Part shown: in pieces, positions 7,669-15,486 of the stretch
Numbering within the stretch: the stretch's first letter is position 1
How the letters are laid out: each line of letters begins with the position of its first letter
Source of the DNA: a bacterium
GTDB taxonomy: Bacteria; Acidobacteriota; Blastocatellia; HR10
Direction: 5' to 3'
NCBI GenBank assembly: GCA_041640655.1
Contig: JBEPZV010000054.1
Span: forward strand, 1 to 15,486
Length of the DNA: 15,486 nt
Made by a program: the position numbers and the translations under genes
The notes under the pieces: model-generated
What the model was told of the DNA's origin: nothing
Databases searched by the model: none
Seen by the model: only the letters and a program-made list of their open reading frames with translations

Positions 7669-8178
7669 TCAAGAGGAGGTCCGGCGCGATTTCGAAGAGC
7701 GCCAGAGGAGTCCGAGATGGTGCGCGTGACAGATGGCAACAGCCAGGGCATCGGCGACATCATGCGGCTCTGGAGGCTCAGGGAGATCGAGCAAGAGGGC
7801 GACCATGCGCTGCACCTGCTGCTTCTCGGCGCGGCCATATCCGACGGTCGCGCTCTTCACCTCCAGCGGCGAATATTCGTAGACGGGCGCTCCAGCCCGC
7901 GCGGCCAACAGCAGCACCACACCGCGCACATGCCCGAGCTTGAGCGCGCTCTTGGGATTGATCGCTGCGAACGCCTCTTCCAGAGCGACGGCCTCCGGAC
8001 GCACGCGATCCAGGACGTCTTGAAGGCGCTCGGCGATGTAGAGCAATTTTTGAGCGAAGGGACGATTGCGTGGTGGGCGAATGGCACCGCTCTCGACGAG
8101 CCGATGCTTGTGGCCATCGGTTTCGATGACGCCATAGCCGGTCGTCTCGCTACCCGGATCAACGCCCAGAATCCGCAT
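7669..8178 (-). CDS. ruvC: Holliday junction resolvase RuvC
   Basis: MRILGVDPGSETTGYGVI, ALEEAF, LGHVRG, EYSPLEVK, GYGRAEKQQV, DVADALAVAICH. Confidence 0.96.
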   Translation of the reverse strand: MRILGVDPGSETTGYGVIETDGHKHRLVESGAIRPPRNRPFAQKLLYIAERLQDVLDRVRPEAVALEEAFAAINPKSALKLGHVRGVVLLLAARAGAPVYEYSPLEVKSATVGYGRAEKQQVQRMVALLLDLPEPPEPHDVADALAVAICHAHHLGLLWRSSKSRRTSS

Positions 8179-8199
8179 ACCCCCCTCGGCCAGGGGAGG

Positions 8200-8229
8200 A
8201 TTCTACGCGAGGGGGGAACAGATGAGCAA
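8200..8229 (-). promoter_or_regulatory. Candidate sigma70 promoter for ruvC
   Basis: Minus strand TTGCTC-18 nt-TAGAAT. Confidence 0.45.
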
Positions 8230-8283
8230 GTGACGGAAGGGCGCCGCCGATCCACCGTGCTTCCGGGTGATCTCGCCATGCAC

Positions 8284-8314
8284 TTGACCATTTGAGTCGC
8301 CCTCGGGCTATACT
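8284..8314 (+). promoter_or_regulatory. Candidate sigma70 promoter with 19-nt spacer
   Basis: TTGACC-19 nt-TATACT about 40 nt upstream of ATG 8356. Confidence 0.5.
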
Positions 8315-8355
8315 TCATCTTCGTGTCTTCAGAGACTCGATGGGAGGAACGGCGG

Positions 8356-8856
8356 ATGAATCCGGCGCACGTGCATCTTCTCCTCAATCACATTCCAGTT
8401 GTCGGCATCTGGTTAGGCATCGCGCTGTATCTGGTGGCGCTCGCGCGGAAGCCGGAGTGGCGTTCGCTCAGCTTGGGCGTCTTCGCGCTGATGGCTGTTC
8501 TGACGATCCCCGCCTACTTGAGCGGCGAACCGGCTGAGGAAATGATCCACGGGTTACCCGGCGTCTCCGAGGCGACCGTTGAAGCGCATGAGGAGGCCGC
8601 CGTGCCCGCGCTCATCGCCATGCTCGTCCTGGGCGCGGTCGCCGCGGGAGGGCTCATGCGCTTTCGCGCGGCGGCGTCGTGGTCACGCGGCTACGGATGG
8701 ATCGTCCTCATCCTCGCGCTCATCGCCGGGGGGCTGATCGGTCGGACGGCGAATCTCGGGGCGCACATTCGGCATCCGGAGATTCGCTCGGCCACACCGG
8801 CAGGAGCTGTGGAATCGGGCGAGACTCACGAGTCCGAGGGACAGGAGTCCCGATGA
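8356..8856 (+). CDS. Four-TM membrane protein, DUF2231-like
   Basis: MNPAHVHLLLNHIP, SGEPAEE, HEEAA, TANLGAHIRHPEIR; four hydrophobic helices; GGGAGG upstream of ATG 8356. Confidence 0.75.
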   Translation: MNPAHVHLLLNHIPVVGIWLGIALYLVALARKPEWRSLSLGVFALMAVLTIPAYLSGEPAEEMIHGLPGVSEATVEAHEEAAVPALIAMLVLGAVAAGGLMRFRAAASWSRGYGWIVLILALIAGGLIGRTANLGAHIRHPEIRSATPAGAVESGETHESEGQESR

Positions 8857-8881
8857 CGTGCGCCGTGAGGTGCGCCCGTCC

Positions 8882-9886
8882 TCACACGTGCAGCTCCACG
8901 ATATCCCCCTCCTCGAGGACGTGATCGCGGTGGACGAGCTGGCCATCGAATTTCCCCGCTCCCCAGATGCGCGCGTACTTCAGGCGCTGGACGAAGTCCC
9001 GATGAATCGCACGCGCGATGTCGGCGACCGTGCTCCCGCGTTTGAGCACAAAGGGGGTCGTCAGATCGGGTTTCTTCCCCGGCTCCTTCGTGTAGACACG
9101 GATGATGCCCAGCAAGTCGTAGACCTCGCGACGAAGCAGCTCCAGATTCTCCCCCGTTCGGGCGGAGACGGGCAGCACGCGAAAGCGCGCGCCGAGCCAT
9201 TCGCGCACAAGCTCCAGCGCCTCCCGCGCGCCGGGGAGGTCCGACTTCGTGCCGATCACCAGAGCGCGCTTGACAGGGGATGCGCGCCCACCTTCGGATG
9301 CCGAGAGCGGCTCCAAAGCCGAGGGTGTGCGCAGATGCAGATTCGCGCGATCGAGCAGCAGCAACGTCTCCTCGGCTCTCGTGAGCACATCATCATCAGC
9401 CAGATCGAATACCAGCAGCGCGGCATCGGCCTGGCGCACGAGCGCCAACATCCACGGCTCGGTGTAAGAGGGAGCCAGGGGTGGCATGTCCACGAGTTGA
9501 ATCTGCACGTTCTCGAACTCCATCATCCCGGGCAGGGGCACGCGCGTCGTGAAGGGATAGTCAGCGATCTCGGGCGTCGCGTGCGTCAGGCGGGCCAGAA
9601 GCGACGATTTCCCCGAGTTGGGTGGGCCGACGAGCACAACCTGCCCCACCCCTTCTCTCTCGATGTGATAAAAGGGCTTGCGCCGAGCCGTGCTGGGTCG
9701 TCGCTCCGCTTCTTGTCGGAGCCGCGCGATCCGCCGACGGATGTCGGCCTGCATCTTCTCGGTCCCCTTGTGCTTGGGGATGGTGGCGAGCATCTCCTCG
9801 AGGGCGGCGAGTTTCTCCTCGCGCGTGGTCGCCGCGCGAAACTTGCGTTCGGCCTCCAGATATTCGGGCGTCAGATTGGCCGGCAT
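8882..9886 (-). CDS. DRG-like OBG-family GTPase with C-terminal TGS domain
   Basis: PKHKGTEK N-terminal helical region, G1 GPPNSGKSS, G2 YPFTT, G3 DMPP, G4 TKSD, G5 VSA, TGS (IRVYTK...GSTVADIARAIH...YARIWG...DHVLEEGDIVELH). ATG 9886 (MPANLTPEY) has GGAGGT upstream. Confidence 0.92.
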   Translation of the reverse strand: MPANLTPEYLEAERKFRAATTREEKLAALEEMLATIPKHKGTEKMQADIRRRIARLRQEAERRPSTARRKPFYHIEREGVGQVVLVGPPNSGKSSLLARLTHATPEIADYPFTTRVPLPGMMEFENVQIQLVDMPPLAPSYTEPWMLALVRQADAALLVFDLADDDVLTRAEETLLLLDRANLHLRTPSALEPLSASEGGRASPVKRALVIGTKSDLPGAREALELVREWLGARFRVLPVSARTGENLELLRREVYDLLGIIRVYTKEPGKKPDLTTPFVLKRGSTVADIARAIHRDFVQRLKYARIWGAGKFDGQLVHRDHVLEEGDIVELHV

Positions 9887-9953
9887 CCTGACCTCCGCGA
9901 CAGGCATCGGCCCCATGAAAAGCCGGATCTTCCATGGGGCGCTCTCGCCGCAT

Positions 9954-9962
9954 ATTATACCA
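9954..9962 (-). promoter_or_regulatory. Extended -10 element for the GTPase gene
   Basis: Minus strand TGGTATAAT about 70 nt upstream of ATG 9886. Confidence 0.55.
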
Positions 9963-10026
9963 AGGGGCCGGGGCGACTTTCGCCAGCGGCCCCGATGGGA
10001 AGCGCGCACGTCAGAGGGAGGAGCCG

Positions 10027-11340
10027 ATGAATGCGCTCATCTCGAAGGCGCTACGAGAGACGATCCGGGAGAAGTTCTGGTATGTGGCGGAAGACAGCCG
10101 GGGCGTCCCTCGAATCTTCTTCGATAGCGGAGCGGGAAGCCTGGTGCTCAAGTCCGCGCATGCGGCCATCGAACGCGCGTCGCGCCTCAGCTCCTACGGC
10201 GGTGGTGGCTTCCCGGATTCGCAATGGGTGGACGATGTCGTGGCTCAGGCGCGCGCCGCTGTCGCCGACCTCCTCAACGCGCCCTCGCCCGAGCAGCTCT
10301 TCACCGGGGAATCGGCGACGGCCGTCCTGCGGCGCCTCGCCGAAGCGATTCTTCCCGCGCTGCCGGATCGCAGCCGAATTCTCATCTCGGCGACCGATCA
10401 CAACGCCAACGTGGACCCATGGCGACAGACGGCCGCGGCGCTCTCCTCGAAACAGCTCGACGTTCAGCTCGTGCGCTTCGATCCGAAGACGGGGACGGTG
10501 GACCTCAACCACCTGGAATCGCTCGCCGATCCGCGCGTGCGCGTCGTCGCCGTCTCTCACGCCTCGAATGTCCTCGGTGCGGAGAATCCGATTCGGGAGA
10601 TTCGCCAACTCCTGCAGCGCGCGGCTCCTGACGCCTGGCTCATTGTGGACGGCGTGCACTTCATCCCTCATGGCCCAGTGGATGTGCAGGCGATCGGGGC
10701 TGATGCCTACGTCTTCTCCAGCTACAAGATCTTCGCCCAGCGCGGATTGAGCTGGGCATATGCGAACGAAGCGATCCTGCGGCTCCCGCATTACAAGCTG
10801 ACGCCGGCTCCGGATCGGCCGCCGGAGAGCTGGGAGTGGGGCTTCCGGAATCCGGCGGATTTCGCCCCGATCATCGAGGTCGTGGACTACCTCGCCTGGC
10901 TGGGGCGCGAATGCTTCCCGATCGCCGCTTCAGAGATGGGGGACCGACGACGTTGGGTTCGACTCGGTCAGCAGGCCATTCGCCAATACGAACATGAGCT
11001 CGTGCGCGCGATGCTCGACGGCGTGGAGGGAACACCGGGCCTGCGCGCGCTGGAGGGCGTGACGCTTCATGGGATCAGCGACCCCGAGCATTATCACCTG
11101 AAGGAGCCGACCTTCAGCTTCACCGTCGCCGGATGGTCGAGCGAAGACGTCGTCGCCTGGCTTTGGAAACGTCATCGGATCGCCGCGCGCGGTGGGGATC
11201 ACTATGCCCTGGAGACCCATCGGCAGCTCGGCGTGAGGGAGAGCGTGCGCGCCTCGCTCGCACACTACAACACGGTCGAAGAGGTTCGCCGCTTCCTTCA
11301 AGCGCTCGCCGAACTCCTCGCCGATCAGGCGAGAGCATAA
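10027..11340 (+). CDS. Aminotransferase class V PLP enzyme, cysteine desulfurase-like (VC1184-type subfamily)
   Basis: FFDSGAG, DHNAN, HASNVLG, VDGVH, FSSYKIF (PLP lysine), VRASLAHYNT. GGAGGAG upstream of ATG 10027. Confidence 0.88.
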   Translation: MNALISKALRETIREKFWYVAEDSRGVPRIFFDSGAGSLVLKSAHAAIERASRLSSYGGGGFPDSQWVDDVVAQARAAVADLLNAPSPEQLFTGESATAVLRRLAEAILPALPDRSRILISATDHNANVDPWRQTAAALSSKQLDVQLVRFDPKTGTVDLNHLESLADPRVRVVAVSHASNVLGAENPIREIRQLLQRAAPDAWLIVDGVHFIPHGPVDVQAIGADAYVFSSYKIFAQRGLSWAYANEAILRLPHYKLTPAPDRPPESWEWGFRNPADFAPIIEVVDYLAWLGRECFPIAASEMGDRRRWVRLGQQAIRQYEHELVRAMLDGVEGTPGLRALEGVTLHGISDPEHYHLKEPTFSFTVAGWSSEDVVAWLWKRHRIAARGGDHYALETHRQLGVRESVRASLAHYNTVEEVRRFLQALAELLADQARA

Positions 11341-11395
11341 GGGGCTTCGCCAAGGCGCGATCCTCAAGGTGTTCGAGCTCGCGCGGAAGATCGCC

Positions 11396-11425
11396 TTGAC
11401 TTTCCCATGCGGCTCGTAATACCAT
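11396..11425 (+). promoter_or_regulatory. Candidate sigma70 promoter for the surface-glycan locus
   Basis: TTGACT-18 nt-TACCAT in the intergenic region after 11340. Confidence 0.5.
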
Positions 11426-11599
11426 GCCGAGGACGTGACGCGGAGCGACGGATTGAGCGAGAACGTCGCGCGCACGATGCGATCGGGCGCGAGGCCTTCC
11501 ACATCAGGCCTCATGCGGTATGGGCCTTTGGCAGAAGGGCGGAAACGCGAAGACGGGAAGCGAGGACGAGACGAGCGGACGCGGTGGAGGCGAGGGGGT

Positions 11600-12289
11600 A
11601 TGGCGCGAAAGCCGATGGCGCTCGGGCTCCTGGTGATGTGCATCGTCCAGGCTCCGTTCGTGAGAGCGAATGTTCCCCATGGGTCGGCGAGAGGCCGCGC
11701 GGTCCCGGCGGGCGAAGTCGTCGCTCACGGGCACGTCTTCGTGAACGGAGTGCGGGTGACCTCGGGGAGCACCGTCTTCGAGGGGGGGAGGGTGCGCACG
11801 TCCGCCGGAGCGAACGCGATCCTCGTGCTCCGAGCCGGGGCGGGCGTGATCGCCGTGCTGCCCGAGAGCGAAGCGGGCGTGAGCACGGCCGACGGCGTCT
11901 GGGCGATCGAGCTGGCGCGCGGGACGATCCTCATTCGCGCGCGCCAGGCGACGGAGGTGCTCTCCGGGCGCGCCCGCGTGCGCGCGCCGCAAGGGAATCT
12001 CTACCGTGTCACCCGAAGTGAGGAAGGTGTTCGCGTGGAGGCTCTGGAGCGACCTGCGGCGGTTCGGGTGGGCGGTCAGAGGTTTCCGCTTGCAGCCGGC
12101 CAGTCCCTGCTCCTTCGAGAGGATGGTGCTGTGGTCGCTGCAGCGACACCGTCACCGCAGCCGCCACGCGCGCGTCGCCGCGTCGTGATTCCCGCTCTGG
12201 TGATCGGCGCCCTCGCCGTGACGCTGGCACTGACCGTCGCGCGGGGCGAGCGATCGAAGGTCGTCAGCCCCGTCGCGCCGCAACGATGA
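11600..12289 (+). CDS. Exported FecR-like beta-domain protein with C-terminal TM segment
   Basis: Signal peptide MARKPMALGLLVMCIVQAPFVRA; GSTVFEGGRVRT...AVLPESE...ELARG FecR-like pattern; Pro/Thr/Ser linker ATPSPQPP; RRR plus hydrophobic helix; tail KVVSPVAPQR. GGAGG/GAGGGGG upstream of ATG 11600. Confidence 0.7.
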   Translation: MARKPMALGLLVMCIVQAPFVRANVPHGSARGRAVPAGEVVAHGHVFVNGVRVTSGSTVFEGGRVRTSAGANAILVLRAGAGVIAVLPESEAGVSTADGVWAIELARGTILIRARQATEVLSGRARVRAPQGNLYRVTRSEEGVRVEALERPAAVRVGGQRFPLAAGQSLLLREDGAVVAAATPSPQPPRARRRVVIPALVIGALAVTLALTVARGERSKVVSPVAPQR

Positions 12290-12412
12290 GCGCAACGGCC
12301 CCGGATGCGCACCATGCGCTTTCCCCCGCCGAGACGCTCACAATCGAGAGCGCGCTGGATGAAGCCAGAGGCTTCTGGCGATCCTCCCGTTGACCATCCG
12401 GAGGGGATATGC

Positions 12413-13693
12413 GTGGTCCTCGCTCTCTCCTCGTGGCGCGCGCGCGTCCTTTTTCTGCTGATGTGGCTGGGGGCTCTCGGCTACGGGTTCCACGTGCTCG
12501 TGCGAGAATTTCGCGGGCACGCGCGCGCGATGCTCTTTCAGGACGTCGAGGGCTTGGAGGAAGCGCTGCGGTTCATCCCCGATGCGCCGGAGGTGCACGA
12601 ACGGTTGGGGACGATCTATCTCCTGGACCCGGCGCATTTCGATCCCGCTCGGGCAGTCTCGCATTTCCGTCGCGCTCTGGAACTCTCGCCTCGGGACGCG
12701 CGCCTGTGGATGGGGCTGGGGCGCGCCTGCGAAGCCCAGGGTGATGCGGATCACGCTGCATGGGCATATCGGCGAGCGATGGCCTTGGCTCCGCATCATT
12801 TTCGTCCGCGATGGCTGTACGCCAACTTCCTCCTGCGCAGCGAGCAGACGGAAGCGGCCATCGCGCAACTTGGCCTGTTGGTCGAGGCCACGCCGGACGT
12901 GGTGGAGAACATCTGCGACCTGATCTGGCACACGCGCGAGGGAGATGCGGCGCTGCTCGTCCGTCTGGCCGCGGGGCGTCCCGCGTGGATCGTGGCCAAA
13001 GTGAGCGACTATCTCCTGGCCCAGGGGCGAGCTGAAGACGCCGTCGCGCTCTGGCGCGCCCTGCCGACGTGGGACGAAACGACGCGAGAATGGGGGCGCC
13101 GCCTGATCCGAGGGCTCGCGCGCGCGCGCCATTGGGAGATGGCTGATGCCGTCTGGCGCGAGTGGCTGCGTCGGGAGTACGGGCGAGAGCCCGCATCGGG
13201 GATATGGAACGGCGGCTTCGAGCACGCGATCGTCGAGGGTGGACTCGATTGGCGCATCGCGCCGGCGCCAGGGGTCGAGGTCGGCATTGATGAGACGACG
13301 GGCTATGGGGATTCGCGCTCGCTGCGGCTCGATTTCCGCGCGCACGAGGGGGTTCGTTATGCGGGCGTCACGCGCGAGATCGTGGTCGAGCCCTCCAGGC
13401 GCTATGTGCTTCGATTCGCCTATATGACACAGGGGATGGTGTCAACGGGCGGCCTCTACGTTGAGATCGCGGACGCGGACGATGCTCGGCGAATGCGCGT
13501 GCGGCTCGATTCGCTTCCGGCACGCGAGGCGTGGACGTCGGTCCGACTCGAATTTCGCACCGCAGCGGCGACGCGCGCCGTGCGTCTGGTGCTGGGGCGC
13601 GAGCCCACGCATCCGCTCCACGATTACATTCGCGGGCGCGTATGGCTGGATGCGTTCGCACTGGAGCGAGCGCCTGATGGTCCGAACGCTTGA
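12413..13693 (+). CDS. Membrane-anchored TPR protein with C-terminal CBM4/9-like carbohydrate-binding domain
   Basis: N-terminal TM helix; at least three TPRs (..HFRRALELSPRD, ..AYRRAMALAPHH); IWNGGFE...LDW...VWLDAFALE beta-sandwich pattern. Start chosen at GTG 12413 (GGAGGGG upstream); ATG 12305 and 12359 are alternatives. Confidence 0.78.
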   Translation: MVLALSSWRARVLFLLMWLGALGYGFHVLVREFRGHARAMLFQDVEGLEEALRFIPDAPEVHERLGTIYLLDPAHFDPARAVSHFRRALELSPRDARLWMGLGRACEAQGDADHAAWAYRRAMALAPHHFRPRWLYANFLLRSEQTEAAIAQLGLLVEATPDVVENICDLIWHTREGDAALLVRLAAGRPAWIVAKVSDYLLAQGRAEDAVALWRALPTWDETTREWGRRLIRGLARARHWEMADAVWREWLRREYGREPASGIWNGGFEHAIVEGGLDWRIAPAPGVEVGIDETTGYGDSRSLRLDFRAHEGVRYAGVTREIVVEPSRRYVLRFAYMTQGMVSTGGLYVEIADADDARRMRVRLDSLPAREAWTSVRLEFRTAAATRAVRLVLGREPTHPLHDYIRGRVWLDAFALERAPDGPNA

Positions 13694-15071
13694 GCGTCTG
13701 GTGCTCATGGGACTGCTGGCGGCCGTTTTCCTCGCGCCGTGGATGTTCGGCGCGGTGGAGCGCTGGGCTGTTCACGCGCTCACGGCGATGTTGCTCATGT
13801 TGCTCGGGCTCTGGGGCGCGAAGGCCGTCCTGGAGCGCGCCGTGCGCGTGCATCTGACGCCGATTCACGCCGTGTTGTTGGGCATGCTGCTGGTGGCGGC
13901 GATACAACTGACCGGGACATCCTCATCGGCGGCGCGCGACGAGCGCGCGCAGGCTTCCGAAGCGATGGAGGTCCTCAACGGCCGCGAGCCGGACGTCCCG
14001 CCGAACACGCGCCTGTCGCAGGATCCCTCCGGCACGCGCCAAGCCATGTGGCGGCTCGCGATGCTGATCGGATATTTCAGCTTGGCCACGGAGCTGCTTC
14101 GCGGAGCGCGCCGACGGGCGGGGGTATTCGTGGTGCTCATGATCTTGGGCTTTCTGCTCGCGCTTGTTGGACTCCTCCAGAAGTTCGCCGGGAACGGACG
14201 ACTGTTGTGGATCCGCGAGGTGGAGGCGGGGGAGCTGGCGTTCGGCCCGTTCGTGAATCGCAATCACGCGGCCGGATTCCTGGAGCTGCTCTTCCCTCTG
14301 CCCGTGGCGATGATCCTGGCGCAGGGGGTGGCGCGCGAGCGATGGGGCGTGTGTGGGCTCCTGGCATGCGTCATGGGAACGGCGCTCGCGCTCACCGGTT
14401 CGCGCGGGGGCGTGCTCGTGCTCGGCGCGGAGTTGCTGCTGCTGCCGCTTCTGTGGTGGGCGATGAACGCGACGGCGCGCCCGAGCCTGCGCTTCGGCGT
14501 ACTGCTTATGGCGATCGTGGGTGCGGGGATCGCGCTCGGCGTGCTCTGGATCGGCGCCGAGCCGATCGTGAGCCGATGGGCGGCGATCGAAGGGGTCACG
14601 AACACGCTGAATGATCCCCTGAATCGTCCGATGATCTGGAGAGCGACGTGGGAGATGATCCAAGATCACCCGTGGTGGGGCGTCGGACTGGGCGCGTATT
14701 CGATCGCCTACACGCGCTATGACCGGTCACCCGGCCTCTGGCGCGTCGAGCAGGCCCATAACGATTATCTCCAGCTCGTCGCGGAGCTGGGCGTGTGGGG
14801 GCTGCTGCTGCTCCTCGGAGGGGTGACTGCCCTCGGCCGAGCCGCGCGGCGCGCGCTTCGGTCAACAGCGGTGCATCCGGCGGCGCGATTTGACCGCGCG
14901 CTCGCCCTGGGGGTGACCGTCGCCCTGCTGGGGATCGGCATCCACAGCGCGTTCGATTTCGCACTCCAGGTGACAGCAAATGCCCTGCTGTTTCTGTTGC
15001 TGATCGCACTGTTGGAGACCTCGGGCGCTCACCACGTGGAGCGCGAGGTCATCGGGGAGAAGGGCATATGA
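13677..15071 (+). CDS. O-antigen ligase / O-oligosaccharyltransferase family (Wzy_C) membrane protein
   Basis: Many TM helices; GPFVNRNH, TGSRGG, R..IW...W.MI.DHPWWGVGLG, AHNDYLQLVAELG, HSAFDFAL. ATG 13677 overlaps the end of the TPR gene. Confidence 0.88.
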   Translation: MVRTLERLVLMGLLAAVFLAPWMFGAVERWAVHALTAMLLMLLGLWGAKAVLERAVRVHLTPIHAVLLGMLLVAAIQLTGTSSSAARDERAQASEAMEVLNGREPDVPPNTRLSQDPSGTRQAMWRLAMLIGYFSLATELLRGARRRAGVFVVLMILGFLLALVGLLQKFAGNGRLLWIREVEAGELAFGPFVNRNHAAGFLELLFPLPVAMILAQGVARERWGVCGLLACVMGTALALTGSRGGVLVLGAELLLLPLLWWAMNATARPSLRFGVLLMAIVGAGIALGVLWIGAEPIVSRWAAIEGVTNTLNDPLNRPMIWRATWEMIQDHPWWGVGLGAYSIAYTRYDRSPGLWRVEQAHNDYLQLVAELGVWGLLLLLGGVTALGRAARRALRSTAVHPAARFDRALALGVTVALLGIGIHSAFDFALQVTANALLFLLLIALLETSGAHHVEREVIGEKGI

Positions 15072-15486
15072 AGCGAGCGCTCATCACGGGCATCACGGGA
15101 CAGGATGGATCGTATCTGGCGGAGTTCCTTCTGGAGAAGGGGTACAAGGTCTACGGGATCGTGCGGCGCACGAGCACGACCAATCTGGAGCGGATCGCGC
15201 ATCTGGAGGGGGAGATCGAGCTGATCTATGCCGATCTGCTCGATGAGAATTCGCTGATTCACGCCCTCAAGGTGGCCGAGCCGGATGAGGTCTACAACCT
15301 GGCGTCGCAATCGTTCGTACCCGCGTCCTGGAGTCAGCCGGTGCTGACGGGGGAGTTCACGGCGCTCGGCGTCACGCGACTGCTGGATGCGATCCGCGTG
15401 GTGAATCCGCGCATCCGCTTCTACCAAGCCTCCAGCAGCGAGATGTTCGGCGAGGCGCGCGAAGTGCCGCAGAACGAGCAGACGCC
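15068..15486 (+). CDS. gmd: GDP-mannose 4,6-dehydratase (5' part only; runs off the right edge)
   Basis: Absent from the ORF track (no stop). Translates MKRALITGITGQDGSYLAEFLLEKGY...PDEVYNLASQSFVPASW...RFYQASSSEMFG. ATGA overlap with the upstream stop. Confidence 0.96.
   Translation, partial: MKRALITGITGQDGSYLAEFLLEKGYKVYGIVRRTSTTNLERIAHLEGEIELIYADLLDENSLIHALKVAEPDEVYNLASQSFVPASWSQPVLTGEFTALGVTRLLDAIRVVNPRIRFYQASSSEMFGEAREVPQNEQT

Noticed and set aside
7593..7838. N-terminal extension of nuoI in the 238-aa ORF
   Set aside because: Overlaps ruvC out of frame; ATG 7592 has a strong RBS and gives a normal NuoI length.
7669..8178. RuvC fold as a Cas, TnpB or transposase nuclease
   Set aside because: It is a canonical 169-aa cellular RuvC; no repeat array or terminal inverted repeats are nearby.
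8858..10030. 390-aa plus-strand ORF, and extended N-termini of the GTPase and PLP enzyme
   Set aside because: Antisense shadow of the GTPase; downstream starts at 9886 and 10027 have better RBSs and avoid overlap.
11782..11788. G7 tract in the FecR-like gene (also G6 at 8211-8216) as a phase-variation site
   Set aside because: Too short to stand out in GC-rich DNA, and the reading frame is intact.
13461..13676. N-terminal extension of the ligase ORF
   Set aside because: Lies inside the TPR-CBM gene; the hydrophobic ligase-like sequence begins at ATG 13677.
12338..15427. Minus-strand ORFs 12338..13345, 13923..14669 and 15029..15427
   Set aside because: Antisense shadows of the TPR, ligase and gmd genes.

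Overview
GC-rich bacterial window. The gene content resembles Acidobacteriota, but that is an inference. Left to right: (1) a minus-strand vitamin B12 uptake operon (btuF-btuC-btuD-btuB-like, receptor cut by the left edge) under a clear cobalamin riboswitch; (2) a lower-GC pair of predicted secreted proteins, one Cys-rich and one with a TonB-C-like tail, behind perfect TTGACA and TATAAT hexamers separated by a short GACA tandem repeat; (3) a stand-alone, divergent MreB with its catalytic EP motif changed to DG; (4) orphan nuoI and ruvC; (5) a DUF2231-like membrane protein, a DRG-type TGS GTPase and a class V PLP enzyme lacking the catalytic Cys; (6) the start of a surface-glycan locus (FecR-like protein, TPR/CBM-like protein, O-antigen ligase/O-OTase-family protein, gmd cut by the right edge). 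No rRNA, tRNA, CRISPR array or mobile element was seen. All family calls come from motif recognition by eye, not database searches.
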